A stretch of DNA of 64,000 bases from an uncultured Verrucomicrobiae bacterium (GCA_963762565.1 CAVXLD010000001.1:591612-655611), one strand, 5' to 3'; positions 52,294 to 62,029 are shown, counted from the stretch's first letter. The notes: a model not told the origin generated them from the sequence alone. A program made the numbers and translations.

Positions 52294-52823
52294 AGATCCG
52301 CAGATTACTCAGATTACGCAGATTTCTTTGGGGTTGAGCTAAGGTGTTGCGTCATGGGACCAGACAAAGCGCTGGTGCTGCAAACTTGTAGCTCCGAAGT
52401 TGAAGACCAGGCCCCTTTGGTGCCGGCCAGCTTTCAAGTAATTTAGAACTTGAGCTGTCTCTACGTCGCCGAGTTTGCCCAAGGCTTTGAGCTCGACGAT
52501 GATTGAGTCGTAACAAAGCACGTCAGCTCGATAGGATGAGCGGAGTTCTCGGCCTTTGTAAAAAACCGGCATCGCGGCTTGGGGATAGAAAGGAATTCTT
52601 CGATCGGTGAGCTCGAGTTCGAGCGCCTCCTGGTACACCGGTTCCAGAAAGCCGCATCCGAGTTCCTTATGAACCTCCAGCGCCGCTCCAATGATTTGAT
52701 AGGTTTGATCATCCATGCGAAATAATAACATATTAACATAATGTTCTCTACGTCGAATCTCAACCCCGGCGGTACCATTACTCCCAAAACAAAATCTGCG
52801 TAATCTGTGTAATCTGCGGATCT
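52294..52823. mobile_element. GxxExxY cassette bounded by 32-bp inverted arms made of 9-mer repeats
   Basis: agatccgcagattactcagattacgcagattt (52294-52325) versus aaatctgcgtaatctgtgtaatctgcggatct (52792-52823): 31/32 complementary. Confidence 0.6.
52339..52731 (-). CDS. GxxExxY protein (PD-(D/E)xK-like)
   Basis: IIGAALEVHKELGCGFLEPVYQEAL...RADV...IIVELKA...QVLNYLK; alternative start at 52716. Confidence 0.9.
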   Translation of the reverse strand: MLLFRMDDQTYQIIGAALEVHKELGCGFLEPVYQEALELELTDRRIPFYPQAAMPVFYKGRELRSSYRADVLCYDSIIVELKALGKLGDVETAQVLNYLKAGRHQRGLVFNFGATSLQHQRFVWSHDATP

Positions 52824-52842
52824 TTTCGTTTTTGCCGGTTTC

Positions 52843-55143
52843 TCAAAGATCGAGCACAACCTCCCGTTCCCCGCCGGAAGCGGTCTGGGCCAGATCAGAG
52901 CGAGGAATCGAGCAACAGAGCAAAACTTCGCCTGGGCCGCGCACCGCCACCGGTTCTTCCAAGTAATCGACTGCGCCGTTGCTAATGCGCGTGGTACAGG
53001 TCCCGCAGATACCGGAGCGGCACCCGAACTTCGGAGCTAAACCGATCGATTCGGCAAGCTCGAGCAAAGTGCCTTTGTCGCGTGACCATTCGGCGGTGGT
53101 TCCCGATTTGGCAAACCGAACCCGGACCGGAGGAACGTCAGCGTGACCAGGCTCGATCACTGTTTGCGGCCTTCTTTCCGGTTTCAGAACCGTTGCCGGA
53201 CCGAAGGACTCGTAATGGATTCGTTCCTCCCGGACGCCGATTCCGGTGAGGCCATCATAAAGCGATTTCATGAAGGGCGGCGGACCACAGAGATAAAAGT
53301 CGTAGTCGCCAAACGGGAGCATCTGTTTGAGTGTTTCGATGCTGATCCATCCAACGGAATCGCACTGATTATCCGGTCCTGCGTCAGGCTCCGGATGACT
53401 GTAGGCGATATGCACTTTCAGTCCCGGATGCTGGCCGGTGAGATCCCGGATATGCTTGGAGAACGCGTGCACCCTGTGGTTATGAGTACCATGGATGAAG
53501 TAAGCAGGTCGAAACTTCCCCGTGCGGCGCCCCTCGTCGACCAGGTATTCAGCCATCGCGATCATTGGGGTAATGCCGACGCCGCCAGAAATCAGTACCG
53601 GTATTCGACCGTTAGAATTGAGAATAAATTTACCCCGGGGTGCAGCCGCCTCCAGTCGAAAGCCGGGCTTTGCATTGGCATGCAAAAACGGTGAGACCAG
53701 TGCGTTTCCTCCTTCGCGGCGGATACTCAAGCGATAGTGATCGGCATTTGGAGCAGCCGAAAGTGTGTAAGTGCGTAACGCAGGCTCTTTTTGCCCGGGG
53801 ATCGTTATCCGAATCGGTAAAAACTGGCCCGGTTCCCAAGGTTGAAGCGCCTGGCTGTCCGGACGCCGAAAATAGAAGGAAGTGATAATATCGCTTTCGG
53901 GCTCCACCTTAAACAATTCTAACTCGACATAAGCGCTCCGCTCAGTCTCTGAAGCCGCTGAAGAGGTCGGAGCGACCGAGATCGTTTCCGAAACTCCCCG
54001 CACGTCTTCCGCCATCGATTTGAGCGCTGTCGCGTCGCCGGCGACCGCGCTAGCAACCAGCTTTTGAAAATGACCAACCAGATGCTCAGCCCGGGTCAGA
54101 AACCTGCCCCGTTCCGGTATGGCCGCTCGCAATCCGCGCTGGACCGAGTCGGTAAGGACATCATCTTCGAGGCCGACCTGAACGTTGAATCCAATCAGTT
54201 CTTGCGCGAATTCCTGCGAGACACCAGGGCCGAAATACTGTTCAGAGAAGCCCTTCGTGCCATTGGGGCCATTTGGTATCCAGACATCGATCGAAAGATT
54301 CGGGAACCCAGGATTGATATTGACCGTCATGTTTGGCCAGAGCAGGTGATATTGGGCTTGGGCGACTTCACCTCTGGCGTCGTAAATCTTGACCTGGCTT
54401 TTACCTTCCAACGCGGACTGCCGTACCTGACCGACCTGACTCATGAACCAGCCGTGCACACCGAGATTGTAGTTCTCCGGTAAAACATCGATCGCGGCGC
54501 TGAAGCCCGGATGGGCTACGGCGCAGTGATAACATTCGAGATAATTCTCGAGCATGGTCTTCCAATTAGAGTAGGACTCCCATTCTCCGCGCTCGTACAA
54601 AACCAGAGAATCAAGATCGATCCCGCTCCCAGCAACAATCTCAAGCAATTTGCCGAATTGGGTCTTTACGGGTGAGGCACTCGGATCTGCGTTGACAAAA
54701 ACCCACGGGCCCAGCGTATCGACTTTGAGCGGCAGAAGCGGATAATCCTCAAGTCGAAAGTTAGGTTCTGTCGCCGTTCGCGGCGCACCCTTCAGGCGGC
54801 CCGTTAGATCGTAGGTCCAGGCGTGATAACCGCATTGCATCATTTGGGCATTTCCACAGCCCTTCATCACTTCGTGCCGGCGATGCCGGCAAACATTGTT
54901 CAACGCGGTCAGACCGCCTTCGTTACGGATTACCACGGCGGGGATACCGCCCACATAACCGGTGATATAATCGCCGATATTGGTTAGCTGTTTGAGCGGG
55001 CCGATGTAATTCCAGCTTTTCCTGAAGATCTGACTAATCTCTCGGTCAGTGATCGAGGGATCGGTATACCAATACGCGGGTAGGCTTTCACCACGGTCGA
55101 GGCCGGCTACCAAGCCGGCTAGGTTTTCACTAGATTGGTTCAT
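52843..55143 (-). CDS. Fused Rieske non-heme-iron oxygenase (CntA/choline monooxygenase-like) + FAD/NAD reductase + 2Fe-2S ferredoxin
   Basis: Oxygenase: NVCRHR...CGYHAW, NWKTMLENYLECYHCAVAHP, EDD. Reductase/ferredoxin: RTYTLS, GGVGITP, YLCGPPPFM, HYESF, CRSGICGTC...CC. All in one 766 aa ORF. Confidence 0.88.
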   Translation of the reverse strand: MNQSSENLAGLVAGLDRGESLPAYWYTDPSITDREISQIFRKSWNYIGPLKQLTNIGDYITGYVGGIPAVVIRNEGGLTALNNVCRHRRHEVMKGCGNAQMMQCGYHAWTYDLTGRLKGAPRTATEPNFRLEDYPLLPLKVDTLGPWVFVNADPSASPVKTQFGKLLEIVAGSGIDLDSLVLYERGEWESYSNWKTMLENYLECYHCAVAHPGFSAAIDVLPENYNLGVHGWFMSQVGQVRQSALEGKSQVKIYDARGEVAQAQYHLLWPNMTVNINPGFPNLSIDVWIPNGPNGTKGFSEQYFGPGVSQEFAQELIGFNVQVGLEDDVLTDSVQRGLRAAIPERGRFLTRAEHLVGHFQKLVASAVAGDATALKSMAEDVRGVSETISVAPTSSAASETERSAYVELELFKVEPESDIITSFYFRRPDSQALQPWEPGQFLPIRITIPGQKEPALRTYTLSAAPNADHYRLSIRREGGNALVSPFLHANAKPGFRLEAAAPRGKFILNSNGRIPVLISGGVGITPMIAMAEYLVDEGRRTGKFRPAYFIHGTHNHRVHAFSKHIRDLTGQHPGLKVHIAYSHPEPDAGPDNQCDSVGWISIETLKQMLPFGDYDFYLCGPPPFMKSLYDGLTGIGVREERIHYESFGPATVLKPERRPQTVIEPGHADVPPVRVRFAKSGTTAEWSRDKGTLLELAESIGLAPKFGCRSGICGTCTTRISNGAVDYLEEPVAVRGPGEVLLCCSIPRSDLAQTASGGEREVVLDL

Positions 55144-56348
55144 ATTATTTTCGCTGGTTTTTCGCTATTCCCATTAGCTAAAGCTTCCGATGCGGGTGCT
55201 GGCGTGCCTTTTATCAGGAGTGGAAGGGAGAGAACCAGGACCGCAGAAACGCACAACAAGGTTTGATAAAATTGGAGGTGCCCCGCTGCAGTTGCTACGG
55301 CATTACTGGCCATCATCCCTATGGAGTAGGCGATGTTGTAGACTGCATAGACCGCCGTGTAACAACGGAGCCCGCGCCGGTCAACCGCGTTGCCGAGTTC
55401 TGCGGAAGTCGGGTTAAGCATGAAGGCAAACGACATGCTGACCAGACACAAACCGAATCCAGTAAGGACGATTCCTGGTAGGAGTCCAAGGAGCGGCAGA
55501 GTAATCGCCATAGCGAGGGTACCGCCAGCAATCACGATTTTAGTCGGCGCCAGGGTAGCGACCCGACTCACCACCGGAGTAATCAGCCCAAAAGCGATCG
55601 TTGATATGGTGAAAATCATCCCAATCGTGGAAGGAGTTGCCTCGGATCGGCTGAGATGTTCGGGTAGAAGCGGCTCCACAATTCCCCAGCCGAACGCGGC
55701 CAGGGCGACGGCCAATCCCGGCACCAACACTGATTTATCCACCAACAGCGCAAATAGTTCCGCGTTAGACCCGCGATAAGTTACTTTTCCCGGTAACAGA
55801 AAGATGCGTTGCACCGCATCGATCCCGACTAAGACAATCAGAATAAGAAACGGCAACGCGTAGCCGCCGGCTTGATAGAGGAATCCGCCGGCCACAGGTC
55901 CTAGCACCGAACCGGCCGTGCTACCCGCGAGGGCTAAACCCATCATCTGAACCCGGTTTTTAACGTAACCTTCCGCGATCAGCGCCAGTCCGGCGGTCCA
56001 GGTAGCGGCGGACGCGGCGCCCTGGCAAACACGAGCCAGCAATACCAGGGGAAAATTGCCGCCGAACCAGAATAGAAGCGTGGCCGTTAGGGATAACAGG
56101 ACCCCTAAGATTACGATGCGCTTGCCGCCGATCTGGTTACCCAGCAGTCCGAAAACTGGGGTGGCAACAAAGACACCGATAGCGTACCCGCCATAGAGCA
56201 AAGCAAGTCCCTCGTGACCACTAATTTGAGCAGGAGAGTAAGCCGTCAGCGGTACAACCAACCCATAGATGAAATAATCCAGGAACAGCGCATACGTAAT
56301 AACGTAAAACACTTTCCAGGAACCTAGCCGCCTGAACGAACCCAACAT
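55140..56348 (-). CDS. MFS transporter (DHA1 / vesicular amine transporter-like)
   Basis: About 12 TM helices; LFLDYFIYGLVVP, ARVCQG, YAVYNIAYSIG; ATGA overlap with the oxygenase. Confidence 0.85.
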   Translation of the reverse strand: MLGSFRRLGSWKVFYVITYALFLDYFIYGLVVPLTAYSPAQISGHEGLALLYGGYAIGVFVATPVFGLLGNQIGGKRIVILGVLLSLTATLLFWFGGNFPLVLLARVCQGAASAATWTAGLALIAEGYVKNRVQMMGLALAGSTAGSVLGPVAGGFLYQAGGYALPFLILIVLVGIDAVQRIFLLPGKVTYRGSNAELFALLVDKSVLVPGLAVALAAFGWGIVEPLLPEHLSRSEATPSTIGMIFTISTIAFGLITPVVSRVATLAPTKIVIAGGTLAMAITLPLLGLLPGIVLTGFGLCLVSMSFAFMLNPTSAELGNAVDRRGLRCYTAVYAVYNIAYSIGMMASNAVATAAGHLQFYQTLLCVSAVLVLSLPLLIKGTPAPASEALANGNSEKPAKII

Positions 56349-56481
56349 TGGACATTAAGACCAAACCAATTAGCTCCTGCCGAAGAGCCGCAGATACAAA
56401 AGCGTCCTGGAAAAGAAACGGGGTCGTCCTGAGCGAACAAATCGGGGGGGAGAGCTGTAAGCTTAGTACTTCAAGATGACG

Positions 56482-56965
56482 AGTTCAAGAAGTTCTAGGA
56501 ATTCTAGGATTTCTAGGAGTCCGGGGAGTTCTAGGAGCACGACCGTGGAGCGTTGCCTCGGTTCCTCCTCGGCCTTAAAACCGTCGTTCTCGAAAGCGTG
56601 TTCTTAGGGAGCGCTTCGAATTGGTCTGCAGCCGTGGAGGGGAGCCGCTTTGTAAGATGGCAAGTCTATCGGTTTCTAGCAGGCGGCTCCCGGAAACGGT
56701 CCCTGATGCGTTTGTTCTATCAACTCTGCAAGCCCCGTTTTCGAAAGGCCGAGCGGCGATGGAACACGCTGGGTCCTTCCCGGGAGCCGCCTGCTAGAAA
56801 CCGATAGACTTGCCATCTTACAAAGCGGCTCCCCTCCGGCGCGCGGCACACCAATGCCGTACGCTGGGACCGAAACCGGATTCGAGGACAGCTTGTCCGC
56901 CGAAGCCCAGGCTCTATTTCGTCACCCGCCCAAAGTCGGCCTCGCAAGCGAGGCGCGCTCCACAA
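56482..56965. repeat. Composite repeat: (TTCTAGGA)n 9-mers, an outer REP-like pair and an inner perfect 58-bp inverted repeat
   Basis: 56636-56693 is the exact reverse complement of 56780-56837. Flanked by gtggagcgttgcctcg (~56545) and ggcctcgcaagcgaggcgcgctccac (~56938-56963). Confidence 0.88.
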
Positions 56966-57069
56966 GAAGTAATCGGCAAAGACGGAAGGACGAGAACGAA
57001 GCGCCTTCTAAGTTTTGCGCCCTTTTTGCGGCGATCCCCAATCTTCGTATAGTCCTCCCGACTTCAGAA

Positions 57070-58392
57070 ATGCCAGCAGATGTTTTTATCAGCCATTCAA
57101 CCAAAGACAAAACGGTCGCCGAAGCTGTTTGTCACGAATTAGAAGCCAACGGCATCCGATGCTGGATCGCTCCTCGCGATATCGAATTCGGGTCGGACTG
57201 GACGGAAGGAATTACACACGGGATCGCCTCATGCAAGGTGTTCGTGCTGGTGTTCTCGGATTCCGCAAATACGTCGGATCATGTCCGGCGTGAAGTAGCC
57301 AAAGCGTTCTCACTCGGGTTGGCGGTGATTCCGTTTCGGACTGAGGACGTAGCGCCGAATCGGAGTCTCAGTTATTTCCTGGAGACGGTTCATTGGTTGG
57401 ATGCATTCCCCTACCCGGCAGAAACCTATTTTGGTACGTTAGCCGATCAGATAAAGCGCTTGCTGGAACGACCTGCAGCCACCGGCGAGGACGGTGGACC
57501 AGCGGCGCAAACGATCGTCGCAGTCGCTGCTCCCGCGCAAGTTGGAGGCTCGCACCTGTCCTCCTCACCTACAGCGAAGGAAGAAGCGAGACGGGCTCCA
57601 GGCGTGCCGACCCCTTCGGCCGCACAAGCGGGGCGCGCTCCACGGAAGGGCGCGGGATTGAGGCGAACGTTTCTCAGATTTAATTTGGTGTTCTTACCCA
57701 TCTTGGCGGCGGTTGTCGGCGGCGCAGCAGCGATTATCCACAGCCAACTGGAAAGCTACGCTCAACAGCAGATTGTGGCCGTAGCCCAGGTCATGTTAGA
57801 GACAGCCAAAGCATCACGGAAATATACAACCAAGCAGATTGCGCCCTTATTAGAAAGTCTGCAGTCATCAGATCAACAGTTTCATCCGCAATCGATCCCG
57901 TTTTATGCGGCTACAGAAGCATTCAATTATTTCCGACAGGCGCACCCCGATTTCGCTTACAAGGAAGCCGCGCTGAATCCCACTAACCCTCGGGATCGAA
58001 CGGTGGATTGGGAAGCGGATATTGTGAACGCGTTTCAGAAGGACACCTCAAAAACAGAGCTGACCGGCCAGCGAGACACCCCTCTCGGGCCCTCTCTCTT
58101 TATCAGTACTCCGATCAAAGTCGATGACGCCAGTTGTCTAGAATGTCACAGCACGCCGGATAAAGCGCCTCCCGGCATGGTCAAACTTTATGGGAGTGCA
58201 AATGGGTTCGGGTGGCAAGCGGGTGATATTATTGGGGCGCAGATCGTCAGTGTGCCTGCCGCGCTAACGGAAAAAATCGCGAGCAACGCGTTCCAATCGA
58301 TCTTTTGGTGGCTGATCGGCAGCGCGATTGTCCTGTTTGCTGTAGCGAACGGAGCTCTGTTTTGGGTAGTACGCCAAGGAAGAGGCACATGA
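57070..58392 (+). CDS. TIR domain - TM - DUF3365/Tll0287-like heme c sensor domain - TM protein
   Basis: VFISHSTKD...CWIAPRDI...REVAKA; TM; YKEAALNPTNPRDR, CLECH (CxxCH), GFGW...IIGAQIVSVP; C-terminal TM. Confidence 0.82.
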   Translation: MPADVFISHSTKDKTVAEAVCHELEANGIRCWIAPRDIEFGSDWTEGITHGIASCKVFVLVFSDSANTSDHVRREVAKAFSLGLAVIPFRTEDVAPNRSLSYFLETVHWLDAFPYPAETYFGTLADQIKRLLERPAATGEDGGPAAQTIVAVAAPAQVGGSHLSSSPTAKEEARRAPGVPTPSAAQAGRAPRKGAGLRRTFLRFNLVFLPILAAVVGGAAAIIHSQLESYAQQQIVAVAQVMLETAKASRKYTTKQIAPLLESLQSSDQQFHPQSIPFYAATEAFNYFRQAHPDFAYKEAALNPTNPRDRTVDWEADIVNAFQKDTSKTELTGQRDTPLGPSLFISTPIKVDDASCLECHSTPDKAPPGMVKLYGSANGFGWQAGDIIGAQIVSVPAALTEKIASNAFQSIFWWLIGSAIVLFAVANGALFWVVRQGRGT

Positions 58393-58431
58393 TCCAGGCG
58401 GGCGCTGGAACAAATTGCCAAATGACAAATT

Positions 58432-58715
58432 TGGAGGGGAGCCGCTTTGGCGCGTTCTAGACGACCCCACCGATATTTTCCCGACGTTGATTAGTCCGAA
58501 ACGTGAAGTAAACAAGCGGCTCCCGGGAATAACCCAACGTTCGGCAGCTCTGCCGGCCAAAGTGGAATGAACAACAAGAACAGAACGAATCCGCCCGGTG
58601 ATAGCCTACGCTGGGTAATTCGCGGGAGCCGCCTGTTTTCGCACCTGTCGGTTGTTCCCGCGCAGGGAGTAACAGGGCGAGAGCATTAGATATGCTCCAA
58701 AGCGGCTCCCCTCCA
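58432..58715. repeat. Second member of the GGAGGGGAGCCGC double-hairpin family, between convergent genes
   Basis: tggaggggagccgctttgg ... ccaaagcggctcccctcca with internal gcggctcccgggaataaccca ... tgggtaattcgcgggagccgc. Confidence 0.8.
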
Positions 58716-58721
58716 GTGCGC

Positions 58722-61145
58722 TCACTTTGCAATGACAGCTTGCACCGCAGCGACGGCATCGATTAAGCCAAAGCCATCGCCCGGCTGGTAGACGTGGGTT
58801 GCGGGGCCCGGCTTAAAAGCCCCAGAGATCGTCTGGCTCGAGAATCCGGACAAATTGGCGGTGAAGGTTGCGCCATTAGGAAGATCCAGAGCATCGACTC
58901 CTACTCCATAGGCGCTCTGGGTAAAACCTTTAAAACTTCCGGCCTCATTTTGTCCGACAGTGAAGCTGATGGAGGCCCCGTTCGTGAACACACCTTTCTT
59001 AAACTTAAGCGTAAACGTTGACGTGGCGCTGGAAGGAGATTCGACGGTCACTTCTGAGGAGCTGAATCCGTCTGCGGAGCCAATAATAAAATCTGCTGAG
59101 GTTGTATTAAAGACCAGACCAGCCGGGGAACCGTCGACGGTTACGCTATCAATGTATTCGTCGGATGGACCGAAATAATTAATGGTTAGGTAGTTCGGGC
59201 CGAAATAGAATGAGCCCAGCGCAGTAACCGAGATATTGCTTCCGCCATTCGAGCCATGAAAAGATGCTGATTCTTCAAAGCCACGTCGGGGCAACGCCGT
59301 ATTTTCGAGCACCGATCTCACCCGGTCAGCATCGAGCGAAGCGGGTCCTCCGGCAGCCTGCAACATCAGCGCAACTACACCAGCGACGGTTGGCCCAGAC
59401 GCGCTGGTGCCGAAAAATGCGAAAGGATAGTCATAGTAGCCCGGCTTATAAAAGAAAGTAGTAATAACGCCGTCTACCCCTGCCACCTCGGGCTTTAGCC
59501 GCACCTCGGGCGTGCTCAGGCGGACTCCGTTTTCATCGAAATAGATATAGGCTGGTCCCGGCGTAGTGTAGTTCTCTAGCTCAGGCTGATACGGCGGTTC
59601 TGGTTTCCAGTTAAAGACATAGGCTGCCACTCCGATAGCCGACGCGGCGGCCGGATGCCCGTAAATGATGGGGACGTTCAAGGGAGCCGGTTGAAAATAG
59701 GTACCGGTCAGAATGCTTAATCCGTCCAGGCTGGTATACATTGCCAGTTGATGAGTGGCGGGTGGCGGTGGAGCCTTAGGATCGGTCTGCGTGGTCTTGG
59801 TAAAGGCAATCTGATAAGCGGTACCCAAGTTCAGGCTCCCGGTGTACTTGAAAGGTTCCTGGGTTTTGAAGGCATTGCGAGTGCCGCTCAACGCGCGCAA
59901 AAAGTTACCGTTTGCATCAAAAACCAGAAAATTATAGTTGGTGGTGATCCCGTCGTCCTGATCGAACAAATCATCCCATTGTAGAAAAAGGTTGTACAGA
60001 TACTGGGAAGGCCCGGGTACAACCAAAGTCGTGACCGGTTCAGAACCGCCTTCGGGATTCCAGTTGTGCCATCCGCCAGCTGTCAACGCAGGATCCAGGT
60101 AATGAGGCGAGTTCTTATCGGTAACATCCAATTTAAGATTGCCATGCTGGCCTGCCGCCCGCACCTCAGCGTCGGACAGCTCGCGGTAGGCGCTGCGATA
60201 GCCGTTGTTACCATCATTACCGGCCGATGAAGTATAAATCACTTTCTTACCTGGCAAGGTTTTGCTCGTAACTACGGCGTCAACGGCTTGAGAAACGATG
60301 CCATCGGAAAAGACCGGCTCATCGTAATAGCCAAGGTCATCATCAATTACATCGCAATTCGCTTCAGTTCTAAGCCGAACGATATTATTGGCAAAACCGA
60401 CTTCACTGTAATTGCCGGTCGCGAACGCTTCATTACAACTCGGCGCTTCCGCGTAAGCAATCTGACAGATAGCGCGCCCTTCATCGCTACCGGGCTTGCC
60501 CGGTTTACCCCAGTCCTGAAGGACATTAACAACTGGCAAATAACCATCTTTTTCATCCACCTCAGCGGTGGTCCGAGGCGGATGCTTAGCATATTGAGCC
60601 GTGTTGAAGCTGTCGGATAGCACACCGATGGTGATGCCGTTCCCGGTGAGCCCCTGTTGGTTGAGCACATCGGTTTGCAACACTTCGCGGCTCTGAGAAG
60701 AATATTTACCGGCCCGCTTGACGGGCTCGTGTTCCATGGTTAAAGCGCGAACTCCGAGAATACCGGCAATATTGTCCAGTTGATCCGTAGGAACATAAGC
60801 GGCCAGAATGCCGTGACGGTAGGTGGAATTACGATCGAGAACGACTCCTTGCAAAGATTGGAGGTGCTGCGCGACCTGGTCCAGCGAGCTTCGTCCATCC
60901 AATAGCACATGAACCAGCACGCGATCCTGATCGTCGAATCGCCCGCCGATGGCCTCTTTGTCTGTGTCACTGACCTTCGCGATTTGGGAATGCACACCCG
61001 AGGCGCCGGCCTCCGGCATCGACAACTTCGCGTGCTCAGACAAGGTTGCTAACCCCGAATCGAGGTTCTGCGCTGATTCAGCACTAAAAGCGGCGGAGGC
61101 AAACAAAAAGGAAGCAGAGATTGCGGCGTAACGGCTAAGGTTCAT
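58722..61145 (-). CDS. Secreted subtilisin-clan serine protease (S8/S53-like)
   Basis: Signal peptide and propeptide; IGVLSDSF, DEGRAI, SSAGN, KPEVAGVDG, FGTSASGP, GFGLIDA. Confidence 0.85.
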   Translation of the reverse strand: MNLSRYAAISASFLFASAAFSAESAQNLDSGLATLSEHAKLSMPEAGASGVHSQIAKVSDTDKEAIGGRFDDQDRVLVHVLLDGRSSLDQVAQHLQSLQGVVLDRNSTYRHGILAAYVPTDQLDNIAGILGVRALTMEHEPVKRAGKYSSQSREVLQTDVLNQQGLTGNGITIGVLSDSFNTAQYAKHPPRTTAEVDEKDGYLPVVNVLQDWGKPGKPGSDEGRAICQIAYAEAPSCNEAFATGNYSEVGFANNIVRLRTEANCDVIDDDLGYYDEPVFSDGIVSQAVDAVVTSKTLPGKKVIYTSSAGNDGNNGYRSAYRELSDAEVRAAGQHGNLKLDVTDKNSPHYLDPALTAGGWHNWNPEGGSEPVTTLVVPGPSQYLYNLFLQWDDLFDQDDGITTNYNFLVFDANGNFLRALSGTRNAFKTQEPFKYTGSLNLGTAYQIAFTKTTQTDPKAPPPPATHQLAMYTSLDGLSILTGTYFQPAPLNVPIIYGHPAAASAIGVAAYVFNWKPEPPYQPELENYTTPGPAYIYFDENGVRLSTPEVRLKPEVAGVDGVITTFFYKPGYYDYPFAFFGTSASGPTVAGVVALMLQAAGGPASLDADRVRSVLENTALPRRGFEESASFHGSNGGSNISVTALGSFYFGPNYLTINYFGPSDEYIDSVTVDGSPAGLVFNTTSADFIIGSADGFSSSEVTVESPSSATSTFTLKFKKGVFTNGASISFTVGQNEAGSFKGFTQSAYGVGVDALDLPNGATFTANLSGFSSQTISGAFKPGPATHVYQPGDGFGLIDAVAAVQAVIAK

Positions 61146-61240
61146 GAGATTGCTTCTAGGACGTCCCTGAAAAGCTTTTGGGATTCAACAGGTTCAATCA
61201 AAAGACGCAATGAGTTGTCAAAGGTTTTCCACGGATTCTA

Positions 61241-61952
61241 TTTTTCACAACAAAGGCCGCAAAGGCCACAAAGAGGGATTTTTCTGTCTCCTATCTTTGT
61301 GGCCTTTGCGGCCTTTGTTGTGAAATTTTGGGCTTCGACTTTGCGTTCTTGCGTGATATCCCTGCGTTTCGCTGTGACTCTGGTACTTTGCGGCTTTGTT
61401 GTGGCTTTGTCTTTTGGCCGGACTAGGACTACAGAGCTTCCTTAAGGACTACGCGTCGGATTCCGTTCTTCAGAACGACCTCGTGAAAGTTGAACAAAAG
61501 GCCTAACGGCCTTTTGAGGAGCTTCATATAGCTCATGAGCTGGGCTTCGTGGATTGGGAGAATTTCTTGTACGGCCTTAAACTCAAGAATCAGGACGTCA
61601 TCAATCAGAAAGTCGAGTCGCAAAGGTTCCTCGAAAACGAAACCTTTGTACTCCAGTTCAACCCTCAGCTCTCTTACATATGGAATCTGACGAAGCTCGC
61701 ACTCCCGGCCAAAACACTTTTGTAAATCTCTTCGATTAAGCCGGGACCCTCGATCCGATGAACCTCTATAGCCGCCCCGATTACACCGCTGCTCCACACG
61801 TTAGCTTTCCGTAACGAATCCCACATTTCGTTAACCTAGTGAATCCGACACTCAACAACATAGTATTTATATGTTTTATTCTATCAAGAAAACGGAATCA
61901 ACCACGGTCGTTCTGAACCTTTGTGGCCTCTGCGGCCTTTGCTGTGAAATTT
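61241..61952. mobile_element. Second GxxExxY cassette with 9-mer inverted arms
   Basis: tttcacaacaaaggccgcaaaggccacaaag (~61243-61273) can pair with ~61295-61326 or with ctttgtggcctctgcggcctttgctgtgaaa (~61919-61949). Confidence 0.55.
61429..61826 (-). CDS. GxxExxY protein (frameshift near 61722)
   Basis: MWDSLRKANVWSSGVIGAAIEVHRIEGPGLIEEIY/KCFGRECELR...RLDFLIDD..ILEFKAV...AQLMSYMK. Confidence 0.82.
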
Positions 61953-62029
61953 TTTCAGTGGACCTCGACAACTGCGCGGACCGGCAGCCCGGTCCGCGCC
62001 TTGTCTCAAGAAGTCTCGCTGTGCCGGCT

